Shown here: piece after piece, positions 1 to 14,038 of the stretch | How positions within the stretch are numbered: position 1 is the first letter of the stretch | How the letters are laid out: each line of letters begins with the position of its first letter | NCBI RefSeq assembly: GCF_009914755.1 | Contig: NC_060935.1 | DNA from: the human T2T-CHM13v2.0 reference genome, Homo sapiens | DNA length: 64,000 nucleotides | Strand: one strand, 5' to 3' | Program-made: the position numbers and the translations under genes | Notes under the pieces: generated by a model | What the model was told of the DNA's origin: nothing | What the model saw: the letters and a program-made list of their open reading frames with translations, nothing else | The model's database searches: none

Positions 1-234
1 CCAGAGAGGCATTGGTCAAAGACCCCCTGGGCCTGTCCACAGCCAGGCTAACAAGCAGATTAAAAGAGGTCAGTGGGTTAAAGGGCTCTGTCTGCTTCCC
101 TGTAGTTATATTGCTCCCTCCCAAAGGCCAGGATGCTGTGGGCCCTGCAGAACTCCTGAGCTCCCAGGTGCTGTGTTTAAAAGACAAATGCTCCTTTAGC
201 TTTTTTTTTTTTAATCCCTAACTTTATGGAGGCT

Positions 235-345
235 TAATTGCCAAATAAAAATTGTATATATTTAAGGTGTACAGTGTGATGATTTGATCTATGCATACAT
301 TATGAAATGATTCCCACTATCAAACTAATTAACACATCCATCAGC
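235..345 (-). mobile_element. L1M (L1MA/MB-type) 3'-end fragment
   Basis: aattgtatatatttaaggtgtacagtgtgatgatttga...aaatgattcccactatcaaactaattaacacatccatc is typical of an antisense L1M 3' end. Confidence 0.7.
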
Positions 346-2119
346 TTGCTTCAGCTCTTTACACGTATAGACTGATTCCCATCTTAACAACTTCCGTTTT
401 TTTTCCTGACTAAAGCTCATTAACACTCACATGAAAGTATTACCACCTTCAGCTAGAAAACAACGGTCATTTCCACTCTCAGGGACTTCTAGGACTTTCT
501 CCTGCTTTCCACTAATTGTAACTGGCATAGATTTGACCATCTCCCAGGTACTGAAGTCATGTCCATTTTCTACTAATTCCCCAAAATCTCAAGGGCAAGA
601 AGTTCCATTCTTTCCTTGAGAAAGCAGGTTGGAATATACAGGAATAGTTCCATATGCATTTCAGCTGTGGGTAATGAGCCCTCATAGCCTTGATGTACTT
701 TCCTGAATTGAAACCAAAGCATGTGAGGAAGGTTTTGACTTTGGTTAATTACTAGGAAAATAAAGAAAGGAATATTGGGAGGGAAGGAGAGAAAGCCTCT
801 GAAATTAGTAAGTGACTTCCTCTTAATGACATTTTGAGGTAACACATTTTCCTTCATTTTTGTGTTAATAGAGAAGTAGAGATTTATAATTGGTCCCTTT
901 GGTGACCTGGCAGTGCTTACATTACTTATGCAATTGTTTTTGTTTTTGTGTGAAGCCAGGGAAAAAAATTGTTTTGTTTCTGGCTCCTGTAATGTAATGC
1001 CAGCCACCCAGAAGGCATGTGGCTAAGCTTTTCTTCAGGGTCTCTAAGACTCTCCAGGACACATGGACCAGGCTGCCATTGTCTTTCCAGCTGCCAGCCC
1101 AGAGATCTGGGCTGGGTGACCCAGGTGCTGTTCCCAAGGGTTGTTCTTTTTGATTCAGAGATTGTTACAGAAATGCTGTTTCTAATATAAGAGCAATAGC
1201 CAGGGAGGTGGAAAGGCAGTGGAAGAGCCTGACCTCCCACTAAGAATGGGTGTTAGAGTGAAGGGTTAGAATGAGTTGACAGATATTGTTTAAACAGGGT
1301 AACAAGAAGGTGTGATGGAGATATTTGGGTGGGCTGAGATGTAGTCGAGGATTGCCCTTGTGACCAGAAATAATATGTCTGGTTATAACACTGTGGAGTG
1401 GGACAAGGGTAAGCACCTGCATTATACATTATCTTTGTCATAGTGAGAGATGAGCTGTGTGCTTGCTGGGAACATGATAGGTCCTGTGGCACAAATGAAT
1501 CTATAGGAAAGCAAGGCACTTTAAATGGGATTTATCAGCTCCAGTATGTTTACTGGGCTTAGGAAGGTGTGTATGTCTGTAGAGGGTCCAGGAGTGAGTC
1601 TTTTGTTTCACAGCTATAGCTTTGCCTATTTTTCTAGCATTGTTCCCGATGTGAAGTTTCAGGATTCAAGACTACTGATTTCTCGTTCCAACCTTTGTGG
1701 GATCCAGTCCATTGGTGGATGAAGTCCAACTCCTTTGTGGGATTCAAGGCCTTTTAGATGATAGCAGTGTTTTAGGTCTTCTTCAGCAGAGCTTCCACAT
1801 AGAACCTGTTAGTTCCAATCAGCATGGTTGGCCTGGTGATATTCCAATTTCACGCTTCTTCCATCTCTCCATGTTATCACCCCATCCTTTTGAAGCTCAG
1901 ATTGAGTCCCCTTTTTTTAAGAAGCCCTCCCTGACTTCTTAAAAGGAGGGCTTTTAAGCCCTGACAGGCAGTAGTATGAACCCTCGTCTGATTCTCTAAG
2001 TCCTTGAGCTGCTGGTGGATGTGGTATCTTTGCTATCAGACTTTGAACAGTGGCTTCATGCATAGATACTGGGGATAGTCAAACCCCCCTTCCCTCCTAG
2101 CTCTGCCAATGATCTGTGC

Positions 2120-2290
2120 AACCTGGGGAGAATATTGCTTTATTTCTCTGAGCCCCAGTTTCTTCATCTGTAAAATGATGATGATGATAATCATTCCAAA
2201 TTCAAGGTTGTTAGGGTTGTTTAGTAAGATACAGGTATTCAGAGCAGCATCCAAGCACATAGTAAATGCTCAATAAATGTTAGCCATTGT
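2120..2290 (+). mobile_element. MIR SINE
   Basis: Core ctctgagccccagtttcttcatctgtaaaatg and tail cacatagtaaatgctcaataaatgttagc. Confidence 0.75.
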
Positions 2291-2519
2291 TATAATGATA
2301 ATGATCATGATGTTACCTTAATTCATCCAACACATTTATGAAACATCTTCTAGGAACTAGGGAATATATGAGTCAACAAAAAAGTTTCATACCTATATTT
2401 TACTGGAAGAAAGAGATAATAAGCAAAACATGTTACTTTTTATGGTGATGAATGCTATTATATTAAGAAAAATATAGCAGGGTGAGAAGGATAGGGAGGA
2501 ATGGTGGAGGTTACCTTTA

Positions 2520-2930
<411 letters not shown>

Positions 2931-3114
2931 TTAGGTATTATACCAGGTGACTGTATAGTTTATTATCCCAACCAAGATACTTCTGAGAGTGAAAGGGAGT
3001 ACTAATGATAATTGCATTCCCTTTGATCATTGAGATACAGTTGTAAATTTTGGTCCTGTCTTGGGCAGAGTAAGTTGCATTTATAGTTGCACTTGATCAC
3101 TCCAAGTATAAGAG

Positions 3115-3320
3115 ATAGTATGGTGTCAGACAGACCTAGATTCAAATCCTGGGTTCCACCACTATCTGTGAGATCTTGGAATAGTCATTTAACCTCTTTG
3201 TACCTCAGTTTCCTCATTTGTTATGCATACCTAATAGGGATTTTGTGAGAATTAAATGAGATAATGAACGCAAAGCGCTCAGTACAGGACCTGACACCTC
3301 ATAAAGAGTCAACAGAAATT
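3115..3320 (+). mobile_element. MIR SINE followed by (CAT)n
   Basis: agacctagattcaaatcc...cctcagtttcctcatttgt...gtgagaattaaatgagataatg; (CAT)~7 at 3321-3340. Confidence 0.78.
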
Positions 3321-5281
3321 CATCATCATCATCATCATCAGATCGAGAGCAAGAATCACTCTTTTTGATATCTCTGTGCCTGGGAAGGGGTTGAGGATAT
3401 ACAAGGTGGATTAATGTTAGGGTTGGAAATTTACCTGAGCAGTGGACTTGGGAGATGAGCTGAATGATCTGCCAAGTAGTTGCCTCCATTCATTCTTACA
3501 GAATGTAAGACTCACACAGTGTTTAAATGTTACCGATCGGGTAGGTGACTTCATGCTGGGGCAGCCACAGGAAGAGTTTGGAAAGTAGAGTCCAGGACTA
3601 AGAATCTTGGGATGTTAGTTCAAGAAGAGGCCCCATGACAAGTGGCCTGGAACAATCTACTTCACAGTAGAGGAAGGAAGGACCCAGAGAGCTGAAATGA
3701 CTGGCCCAGGGCCTCATGGCCTGCAGCCTGTTTCAATGCATCTGTCCTTAACCATCCTGCTGACTGGCAAAGCAAAGATTATAAAGAGCGAGAAGAGAGA
3801 GCACTTAGAATTCCACCTGGAAAAGCCATGTTTCTTTGGAAATGGGCCACAGATGACATAACCCTGCCATCTCCCATTACCTGGTACTTGGCTAATCTTT
3901 GCATGAAACTTGTTTTGGTGAAACTTGAGCCTGGAAAAGCCAACTAAAGTATATTATTTTATCAGTATTGAATGCCTCCTAGACTTGAGATAACATTTAA
4001 TCCAAAGAGTAAGGTGATATTTCCTGAGATAGCAATGAATTCATGTTTTGAAATTAAATAAGATGAGTTTATTGCGTCAGCTGGCTTTTTTTTTTTTAAA
4101 GCACTAATTGCAGTAGTAAATGTTCTGTCCACGGAGTAATGTCTGGCCACTGTATGGGGAGGAGTGGGAGCTATAGGCATGGTAGTTTTCATTCCTTAGA
4201 AGCTGTCTCACTGTCTCTCTTGTTAGGTACTATTCCAGATTTAAGTATATTTTAGCTTAAGGGGACCTCTATTTGAATAAATAGATTTCCAACCCCAGAC
4301 AACTTGGGGACAAAAAGGTTTCTTTTACATTATCTTTCCTGAATACATGCTACATGCTTTCTGCCCTTTCTCCTTCCCAAGGTGCTTATCACTCAGTAAG
4401 GATGACTGCACACCTACCTTACACCAGGCAAGGAGGGAAAAGGTTCTGTTTATAGACCTTCTTAGATAGCCAAGTTGGTCAAAAAAGAAAAAAAGGGCAA
4501 AGACAGGAATTTGGAGTTTATTGCATTATCTTCTTGACTTAATTCCCAGAAGTGTTTTAGATTCTAAAAATGTGAAGATTAATGTACAATTGAAATAGAC
4601 TTCTTCAAAGAGGCAATTGGTGTTCCAAGGCCATCTACAGTGCAGTTCCAGGATGTTTCAGCTGCTAAGCCTATTATGTCTTCACAGTGGCAGTTGTGGT
4701 TACAGTCCGCTATTTCATGCCACCACCTTACTCTCAGCTCATCTTGACCCTCTGCAGACACCTGCTATAGCATCAGCACTGGGAAGTCAGCACTTTAGTC
4801 TCCATCATTTTTGTATCCCTAGAAACAACACAGCTCCTGGCATACACTAAGTGTTCAATTAATGGAACAATGGTACAGTTACCATTTCAGTGTTTCAATA
4901 TAATGCAAAGTTGAATCACATAAAATGTGGGGTTGTTTACTGTAAGGTCATTGAGATTGCATACAGCTTCATTTGTGCCTTTAAACACAGTCACCCCACC
5001 AGTAAGTTGGGACCCCATAAGAGTACTGATTTTTGCCAGGTCAGATTAGATACAGCTTCTCCTGTGGGAGAGTGACTTGGGTGTGGAGAAGGAAGCCAGA
5101 AATACTGATGGAGCTTTCTTTGGGGAATCCAAGTGGGAACCTGGGGGAGAGGGAAAAGGGGAGGAGTTCCCTTTCTTCCCTACATAGCTCCCTACTGTCC
5201 AGTTTACAACATAATTGGCTAGGGAGGCTGGACTAGAGGGAAGACACTTCTACAAATTACCCAGCAAGAACTGTGTGTTAA

Positions 5282-5465
5282 GGTGGGTGTGGTAGCGTGC
5301 ACCTGTAGCCTCAGCTACTGGGGAGGTGGACGGGGGTGGGTGCTGAGTTGGGAGGATGTTTTGAGGCCAGGAGTTGAAGGCTGTAGTGTGCTGTATTTGT
5401 GCCTGTGAATAGCCACTGAACTCCTGCCTGGACAGCATAACAAGACCCCATATTTTTTAAAAAGT
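5282..5465 (+). mobile_element. FAM (fossil Alu monomer)
   Basis: Monomer with the FAM-specific segment ggctgtagtgtgctgt...gcctgtgaatagccactg; carries a G-rich insertion near 5328-5343. Confidence 0.75.
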
Positions 5466-5529
5466 TAGAAACAAAAGAAGAAGAAGAAGAACTGTATGAT
5501 AACCACTCTGGGTGCCAGATTGCTGCATT

Positions 5530-5852
5530 TTTATTTTATTTTTTTTGAGATAGTGTCTTGTTCTGACACCCAGGCTGGGGTGCAGTGGTACCATCATAGC
5601 TCACTGCAACCTCAAACTCCTGCGCTCAGGGGATCCTCATGCCTCAGTCTCCTGAGTAGCTGAGACTATAGGTACACACCAACATGCCTGGCTAATTTTT
5701 ATTGTATCTTTTTTTTTTTTTTTTTTTTTTTTTTTTGGAGATGGGGTCTCAGCATGTTGCCAGAGCTGGTCTTGAATTCCTGGGGAAAAGGGATCCTTCT
5801 GCCTCAGCCTCCTAAAGTGTTGGGATTACAGACGTGAACCACTGCACCCGGT
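5530..5852 (-). mobile_element. AluJ full-length
   Basis: Antisense dimer (atcatagctcactgcaacctcaaactcctg) with an expanded T-rich linker. Degenerate TSD agattgctgcatt / agagtgctgcatt. Confidence 0.88.
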
Positions 5853-6556
5853 AGAGTGCTGCATTCTAAAGCAGGATGTAGAAATCATCTAAAGGCTGTA
5901 GATTAAGCACTGTTGGAGATCAGAGGGAGGCCATTTGTGTAATGCATTGATTTCAGAAACAAAAAGAACTTGATACAAATCATTGTGACCCTGGGCAAGT
6001 TGTTTAATTTGTCTGAACTTCCATTTCTCTATCTGGAAGATTGGTGGAGTCCTTTTCTCACAGGGATATCAGATATGTTTAAGAGGTGTGTATGCGATAG
6101 CATGATAGTAAACTTAGAGAGGTGCTGGAAAAGTTACCTCCTCTGAATTCAGACCCAGGAAGGATGGTTGTCCTTCAGGAAGCCTCCCAAATCTAGGACT
6201 TGGAGCTGGGCTGAAAGAATAGGCAAAATTTAGAGTGGGAGAAAGGGAGGGTCATAAATAAGGTGAATGGCAAGTATAAAGAGCCCTACTTTCTTGATTT
6301 TATGAAATTTCTTTCATAATTTAGCTAGCAGGAGGGGCTCATGAGTAGCTAGCTTTTCCTGGCTCAGAGAGAGCACATGTACTCTCTCCTCTCCAAAAGA
6401 ACCTGGATGCCCGTCCCACATGTTACTTTCTCCATTCTAAGCAGTGTGGTTCCAAGTCCAATTTAGCATGAATATTTCAAATGTAATATGTCCCAGATGT
6501 AGAGCTAAGTAACCCCTCAAACTTTCCCCCACCTCAGTCTTCCCACTTCTGTAAGT

Positions 6557-6771
6557 CGGGGTTTCTCAGCCTCAGCACTTTTGACAGTTGGGGCCAGATG
6601 ACCATTTGGTATAGGGGCTCTTGTGTGTATTGCAGGATGTTTAGCACCGTCCCTGGCTTCTACCCATTGTAAAATGTTTAGTAGCAACACCCAGTCATGA
6701 CAATCAAAAATGTCTCCGTAAGTTTCCAGATGTCCCCGAGGGGGGAAAATTGCCCCAGTTGAGAACCACTG
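6557..6771 (-). mobile_element. MER20 (hAT-Charlie MITE)
   Basis: Ends cggggtttctcagc...ttgagaaccactg; internal aaaaatgtctcc...tgtcccc..ggggggaaaattgcccc. Confidence 0.85.
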
Positions 6772-6779
6772 TAGTAAAT

Positions 6780-7530
6780 GGTCCCACCACTTAACCAGCT
6801 GCACAAGCCAGAGCTTGAGGCATCATCCTTGAGTCCTCCTCTTCTGCATTCATTCATCCTAATAGCAAATGCTTCCGTTTGAGCCTCCCCAGTAGATCTA
6901 AAGTCCAACAACTTCTCATTTCATAGACGAGGACACCTTCACCCTTCACTTAGAGAACTGCCATAATCTCCTAACTGGTCTCCATAGTTTCACTATTGCC
7001 TGCTTCCAGTCTGTTCTCCATACAGCACCAGAGAGGTGTCAAAAAAGAAATGTCACTGTACCTGTCTGCTGCTTTAAGCACATGTCAGTCTGCTCCCTTC
7101 CCTCTCTCTCCTGTACCTCCTTTGGTTGCTCACCAGGCCCCGGCTGCACCATTCTTCCTCTGGTTCCTCGAACTCACCAAGCTCATTCTCACCTGGGGGA
7201 GTTTGCCCATGGCATTCCCTTGCCCTGGAATGCTCTTCTCTTCTTTTTACTTGACTGGCTCTTATCTCTCAGGAACTCTACCTAAGTGGAGCTCCTTCAC
7301 AGAGACCTTCCCTGATCCCTCTGTCTCATGTAGGTACCCCCTGCAAAATCTGAGTCCCTCATTTTATCCCTTCATAACATCTATGCCAGTTAGTAACAGG
7401 CTGTCTTCTTGAAATATTGCTGGCTCTCATGAGGGCAAGAATCCTGCTGCAATGCTTTTAATGCGGCCCCACTGAGAGGCATAAGATAGGTGCTCAGTAA
7501 ATATTCATTTATTTGACTAAATCAACAAAT
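6780..7530 (-). mobile_element. L2 3' fragment
   Basis: catcatccttgagtcctcc...ctcctaactggtctcc...ttcctctggttcctcgaactcaccaagctc...taggtgctcagtaaatattc. Confidence 0.7.
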
Positions 7531-9004
7531 GAATCTCTTCATCTTTCTTGAGGAAGAGAGACACCATTTCTCTAGTTTAAAATTGGTAATTGCAGACCTC
7601 TGGAATTATTCTTCCAATAAAATCAGTAAGAAGCTAGTTTTCTTCTTTAGCTTCTCAGTACTGTTAGTACACTGCCTACTAAAGAGTAGATGCCCAAGAA
7701 ATCACTGTTGAATAGATGAATGGTTCATACTTATGTAATAGTTTGTGAATGCTAAATAATGAAAATAAACAGATTTTAAGCAAGTAGTCGAAATCCCAAA
7801 ATCCATCCTTTGACCTTCTCAAACTTTCAGGGAGAGAAGGTTTGATTCTCCTCTTCCACTCCCAGTCTAAGAGACTGATGCTATTTTCGGCCGTTATTGT
7901 TATTGTTAGCTTATAGAAGTAACCGGAATGCATACATGGCATACTGCATGGCCCATAGTACATATTCAGTAAACATTTGTTGACTTGAATCAAAGCACTT
8001 AGGAAAAAGAAAAGAGAATTAGACTGGTTGGTGTACAGAGACGGTATATTCAGGTCTTATCGTGAAAATGAAATCAGTTATCAGGTCTTGATTAGAGGCA
8101 GAAAAATTTCATATCCTGTGAGAATTTATTGTCCAGTGGAAGAGGTGACTTTGGAGAACAGGATAGCATATAATTGTGCTAAATAGCATGGCACTGTTTT
8201 GAGTATCTTTGTAGTTGCTTTGAATTAGTGCTGGGGCTTCCTCCCCCTTTCTGGACCAGACTCGGCTGTAAGAAGCATGGAGAAGTAATGAAGATTTTTT
8301 ACATTCTCAGACTGCTTTCTGGGAATCCTGCAAAGTCCCGACTTCTTCTCTGATTACCCTTCTCATGGCTGAGTTCAAGAGCATTTTGAAACCCGGACTT
8401 TGAATCTGGGAAAATGCTTTATGACCATTTTTATGACCTCAAAGCAACCCGCTAAGGCAAGTTATTTCCCTCTCTTTGCCAAGGGGGAAAAACCAAGGAT
8501 CTGGTAAATTGCCCAGGATTTCCCAGCCTCGGATGCTATCTTGTGGGCGGCTCTCATGCTCCCGGCTGCATGCTGTCCCTTCCATTAGACGTGCTTTGGC
8601 CGTTTGAGGAAGGGCCTGGTCAGTAACCTCAGCCCACATTTTCATGGATTTCATGGTCTTCCTCTGGAAGGAGGAAAGCCCAATTCAGAGAACCATATAC
8701 TGTTAGAACTGCAAGTTTTCAAGACAGAGTTCTAGTCCAAACCAATCCTTTTATACTCGGGCCAACTGACATCCAGAGAGGGAAAGTGATTTGCTTAAGG
8801 TCACAGCCCAAAGTCTCTGACTTCCAGCCCAGGGCATTTTTTGTTCCAACACAGTTGTCTCTTATTAGAAGAGTGTCCTCAGCACCCACGAGTTTTTATT
8901 CTTAGAGATAGGGTAGTACAGTAAGCACAGAAAGGGCTCAGAGCAATTCCTTACACAGCATAAGGGCTGTGTAAATGTTGCTTTCATTGTTGTGAAACTG
9001 CTGC

Positions 9005-9165
9005 TTATTAGCTGTGTGACCCAGGACAAGTTATTTGATATGTCTGAGACTATGATTCCTCCTCTGTAAGAGTAACTCTGGTTCATCAGAATTGTTGAAT
9101 AGATTAGAGATTATGTGTATGAGGCACCTACCTGCCTGTATAGTAGGCTCTGAGTAAATGGTCAC
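9005..9165 (+). mobile_element. MIR SINE
   Basis: ttattagctgtgtgacccaggacaagttattt...tagtaggctctgagtaaatgg. Confidence 0.65.
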
Positions 9166-9354
9166 ATCTTTTACTGCCCCCCAAGGTGTGAGGCAACCAG
9201 CACATCATGCAACACCAAGTCGCTAACAGTTGTTCCTTTCTGTTTGCAAAAGGGGGGAATATTAGGGCTGGATCTGCTGCCACTTCCAGGGAAGAACTGC
9301 AGCTTCAATTACTTTTCACTTAAAAGGAATATTGCTTGTTTTTTTTTTTTTTAT

Positions 9355-9595
9355 TTGTTAGCATTTATTGGGCACTTACTAGGTGGCAATCACTGTTCTG
9401 TGCCTTTACACACATTATGTAATTTGTCTGCACAACAGTCCCTGTGATGTAAGTACTATTATTATCCTAATATGATAGATAAGGAAACTAAGTCTCAGAA
9501 GGTGATAATTTACCCAGAGTTAGTTAGTAAGAGGGAAAGCCACAATTTCAAACCCAGAACAATCTGGCTTGAAAACTATACCCTTAACCATTCTC
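9355..9595 (-). mobile_element. MIR SINE
   Basis: gcatttattgggcacttact...attattatcc...agataaggaaactaagtctcagaagg. Confidence 0.72.
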
Positions 9596-11351
9596 GGCCA
9601 GGAACTGTGCCAGGCCCTGGTTGCAGACAAGTCCTGCCCACGTGGACATCACTCACATCAAGGACAGCAGAGGAGGATGGAGCACCTTCCCAGGTTAACC
9701 ATTACCACCTCACCAGCTGCCAAATGGCAAGAGGGCAAGGCGTTGGAACCGCATCTTTGAGCTCCTCCCCTTCCCTATCCAGCCCGCCCCTTGTACTGCA
9801 CCCACCAATCTGCTGGGGCCTCTGAACACGTCAAGCCCGCCAAGTTCCTTTCCTTTCCTGGCCCAGGTGTGGAGCCCCTGGGGAGCACACGCTGGCATGA
9901 CAGGAAGAAGCTGTGCCTGAGAGCTGTTCAAAGGAGCATCTTAATCTGCACATGAGAGAGACCTCATCCCATTGCTGTTGGTAAATACACTTGGTAGCAG
10001 AGTTGGGGTGCTGCAGAGTTCTTCCCTCCCTAAAAAGAGTTAGTTCCATGTGAGAACATCTGTGACTGGTTGCCTTTCTCAAGCTTGGTAAGCACTTGGG
10101 GCAAGCCGAGTGTTTGGGTTGGAATCTCAGGCCATAACCATCCAGAGAGCGGGCACTCAGTCTCCCCAGAAGAAAGCCTGGCAGGAGAGGAAGGCAGCAA
10201 GGTGTGGGGAAAGCATAGGACTTATTCAAATTTCAGCTTTGCCAAGCACTGCTTACATGGCTCTGGGCCTCATTCACTCCGCTGTAGTGTGGAGATGGTC
10301 ATTCCTCTCCACCTAAGATGATTTTTAGAGGGGCTATATGGTAGACATGTGTGAGCATAGGTGCTAACAGAGTGCCTGGCCCCAGGAGATGCTTTGCAAT
10401 GTTCAGTTTCTTCCACCATCTCTGTGCAGCACCAATGCTGGGCCCCCATGAGAGGACTGTCCTGGGCATGGTGGGGGAGAGAAGGGTGATTGTTCTGCAC
10501 ATGTGTGACAGTTTATATACCGTTATATACATGCATGGCAATTTATATACCAAAGTGGTGGTGGGAGGTAATTAAATTTAGAGACTGACAGGAGATCCTC
10601 TTTTCTGCATGTCTCTCCAACACACATATACTTAGGTCCAGGTCCCAGGCTTTAGGAGCTCTGTGCCAGTGACATTCCTTCCTGTCATGGGTCCCTTTGC
10701 CTCTCCCTTCTCCCATAATTTCTTCTGGAAGTCAAAGCTCTCACTGCCAGGGGGATTTTGTTCTAAGTAGTGGGGGGCATTGCCCCCTCCTCCTGCCCTC
10801 CGAAGGATTTGGCCAGCCCATTGGCTCCTCGTACCAAGCCTGACACCCTGGTCTGCTGCAGGGGAGAGCACTCTTGGTAAATGAGAATGGTTTTTCTGAG
10901 CCCATTGAAGATCCGTGTCCTAACTGTATGCACCTCACGCTTCCAGAGGGAAAGAGAAAACCTCTATTCCTCCTTGCTGCTGTGACACTGCTGCTGTTTG
11001 AGGAAGCTGGGAGGAAAAGGCCTTCTCTGCAAACCTGCCAGCAATTACAGAACTCACTCAGACTCTGCCTGGATGCAGGCTCTGGTTTATGTCTCCCTTT
11101 GGGACATCTCTTCTGCTTTATTTGAAACTTCCGGCTTCATTAATAGGTACTCTTAATACTCTTATCTCAGCATGCCTTCTGGGTTTACTGAAGCATCATG
11201 CCAGAGCACATTCTTCCTTGGAAGTTACAGTTTGTTCTGGGGGAGGTTTTAGGTGCTTAACTTTGAGACTTGGGTTGTGAGGGATGGGGGATGGAGGGAA
11301 GGCAGTGGAAGACAGGGAGCGCCTGACAGCTCAGTTTTGAGTGAGCCATTA

Positions 11352-11688
<337 letters not shown>

Positions 11689-11949
11689 GATGGATGGAGG
11701 TGCTGCCCTGGATTTGTCTCAGTGCATGTATCACAACAGCTGATTATTGTCAAGTTTGAAGATGTCTTTTGTTTTCCATCTCTGATTTAGAGCCATTGGA
11801 TATGTGTATACTTGTCTTAACTTTTATGATGATTGAATTTAGAAAAGCCAATCAAATCAGCTAAAATTCCAGCCAAGTTATAATGTATTCACTGGGGAAG
11901 CATTGATTCGGTGCCAAAGCATGCCCAGCACTAGCACTCTTTGTCAACT

Positions 11950-12625
11950 GCTTTTCTTCACTTCCTTCTGTCTCTGCTGCCGTCACCTAGCCTGGGCCTC
12001 TTGCACCTGGACTGTTCCAGTAGCCTGGGCTTCCTGCTTCTGCTCCCAACCCTGCCTCTCTGTTCATTCTCCCCATAGGTGGCCAGAGTGGCCTATGGAA
12101 AACTTAAATCAGATTGTGTCGTGCCCTGTTTTAACCTTTCCCTGGCTACTCAAGGAAACAGAATAAAATCCGATTCCCCTGTCCTGGCCTGGAGTGCCCT
12201 GTATCATCTGGCCGCTGCCTTCCTCCTGATATCATCTCAAGTTTCTTGTTTTCTCAGCCACAGGCGCCCACCTCAGGGCCTTTGCCTTGGCTGTTCTGCT
12301 TTTCCAGAATATTCTTGCCTGGCTCTTCACATGATGCTTCCTTCTCATTTTATCCTCGGAGAGGCCGCCGGGACCCCCAACCACAGTGTCCACTTCAGTC
12401 CCTACCTCATGTCTACCACACACTTCCTTCAGGGTACATCACAAACTGAAATCGCCTCGTTTAGGGGTATGTTTACTTGTTTATCATCTGCCTCACTCAA
12501 CTTGTAGATGAGCCCCATGACATAGGGACATGTCTGCATTATTTTCTACTGAATTCCTGGTACCTCACAGAATATCTGGTTCAAAGGTAGGGCCTAATAA
12601 ATATTTGTCAAATGAATGAATGACA
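11950..12625 (-). mobile_element. L2 3' fragment
   Basis: ctcttgcacctggact...cctcagggcctttgccttggctgtt...taataaatatttgtcaaatgaatgaatga. Confidence 0.72.
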
Positions 12626-13748
12626 AATGACTTGAGCAGGGTCCTCTGAAAAGGAACGCCTGTGCTCGGCGTTGTAAGGAGGCTTTCTTCTCACTCCATC
12701 TAAGCCAGCGACGGTTCCTCCTCCCCCTCAACTGTTGTTAGGGTCCCACACGCCATATATCGTTGTCACATTGGTTATAATGTATCATCTTTCTCACTTC
12801 CTCTCTGAGAGCCTACTCTTATGGGTAGATTTCCAGTCTCTTACATCTTTATAGCTGCTGAAGAACCCAACTCATATCTTACAAAACAGGTGTGATCCCA
12901 CCCTTCAAAAACTGTTTTAAGTCAATATGGTATTTACAATGAATATAACAACTATTTTCCCCAGAAGACCTTTTCCCTTCTCAAACATTCTAGGATATAT
13001 TTTGTGACATCTGAGCTAAAAATGACCATGGTAGGTCCACAGAGAATGTGGCTTCATCCTGTCCTGTTAGCAGGGAGTTACTTCCTTGGCTTTGTTCCTA
13101 ATCTTTCCTGTTATGCCCTCTTGTGATGGGTTTAGGGGGAGGGACCTAAGTGCCAGTAGCATTTTTATGGGATGTCTAGAGAGAAAATGCCAACCTCCTT
13201 TCCCTCACATAATTGTGAATTTGTATTCTTGAGGTAAACTTACCTCTGCAGCCATGGCTCTGTGGCTTTTCCCAGTTAATATTCATTTATTTGAATAATT
13301 TATTGCAAACCTTTCCCCTCCCTCAACTCCAGGAATATATATATCTCGAAAACTGCATTTAAAGAAAACAATTGCAATAAAGACAATCATCGAAATTAAT
13401 GATTTAACTTAAAAGGCCTAGCGGCATCTTTCTGCCCTACTCAGTACCCTATGGAGTAAGCATACTCAGTGGCTTCCTTTCCCAGGTACAGGAGTGCAGG
13501 CAAACAAGGTTGAATAACCTGTCCAGTGCCACAGTCTGCGCAAGGCTATTGAAATTCATGACTCTTTCTAACAGTTTTCCTGTAAGACCAAACTATTCCC
13601 AAGGGCCTGAGAAGAGAAATGGGACAGAAGTTATTTAAAATGAGTTGTGAACATTCTCAGAGCCATCTCATACTGCTGTCCTGATAAGCCAAATAGATTA
13701 GATATTTGGAATTCCCCAGAACATTTATTTGTAAGATTTGATTTAAGT

Positions 13749-14038
13749 CAATGTCACCCAAGCTTATCATTCTCATGGCATATTTAGAATTTTTGCCATA
13801 TTTGCCTACCACTTATGTCCCTTATTTACTTGTTTCCTTCAAATTGACTACCTAATCTGTATAAATTTAAATAAAGAGGAAACAAAATATTCTAATGGTA
13901 AATGCAAAAGCAATATTGGGCAAAATAGAAGGTAATCATAAAAATAAATATATAGCTATTAAGATGTTCACCAGTGTACAGTCTGAAATCTTATAAATTA
14001 TACCATAAGTAGTTCATCTACTGCAGTTTGTGAAACAG
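13749..14038 (+). mobile_element. MER113/MER113A-like hAT-Charlie fossil
   Basis: tttttgccatatttgcctaccac...aaatagaaggtaatcataaaaataaata...tttgtgaaacag resembles the MER113 consensus. Confidence 0.6.
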
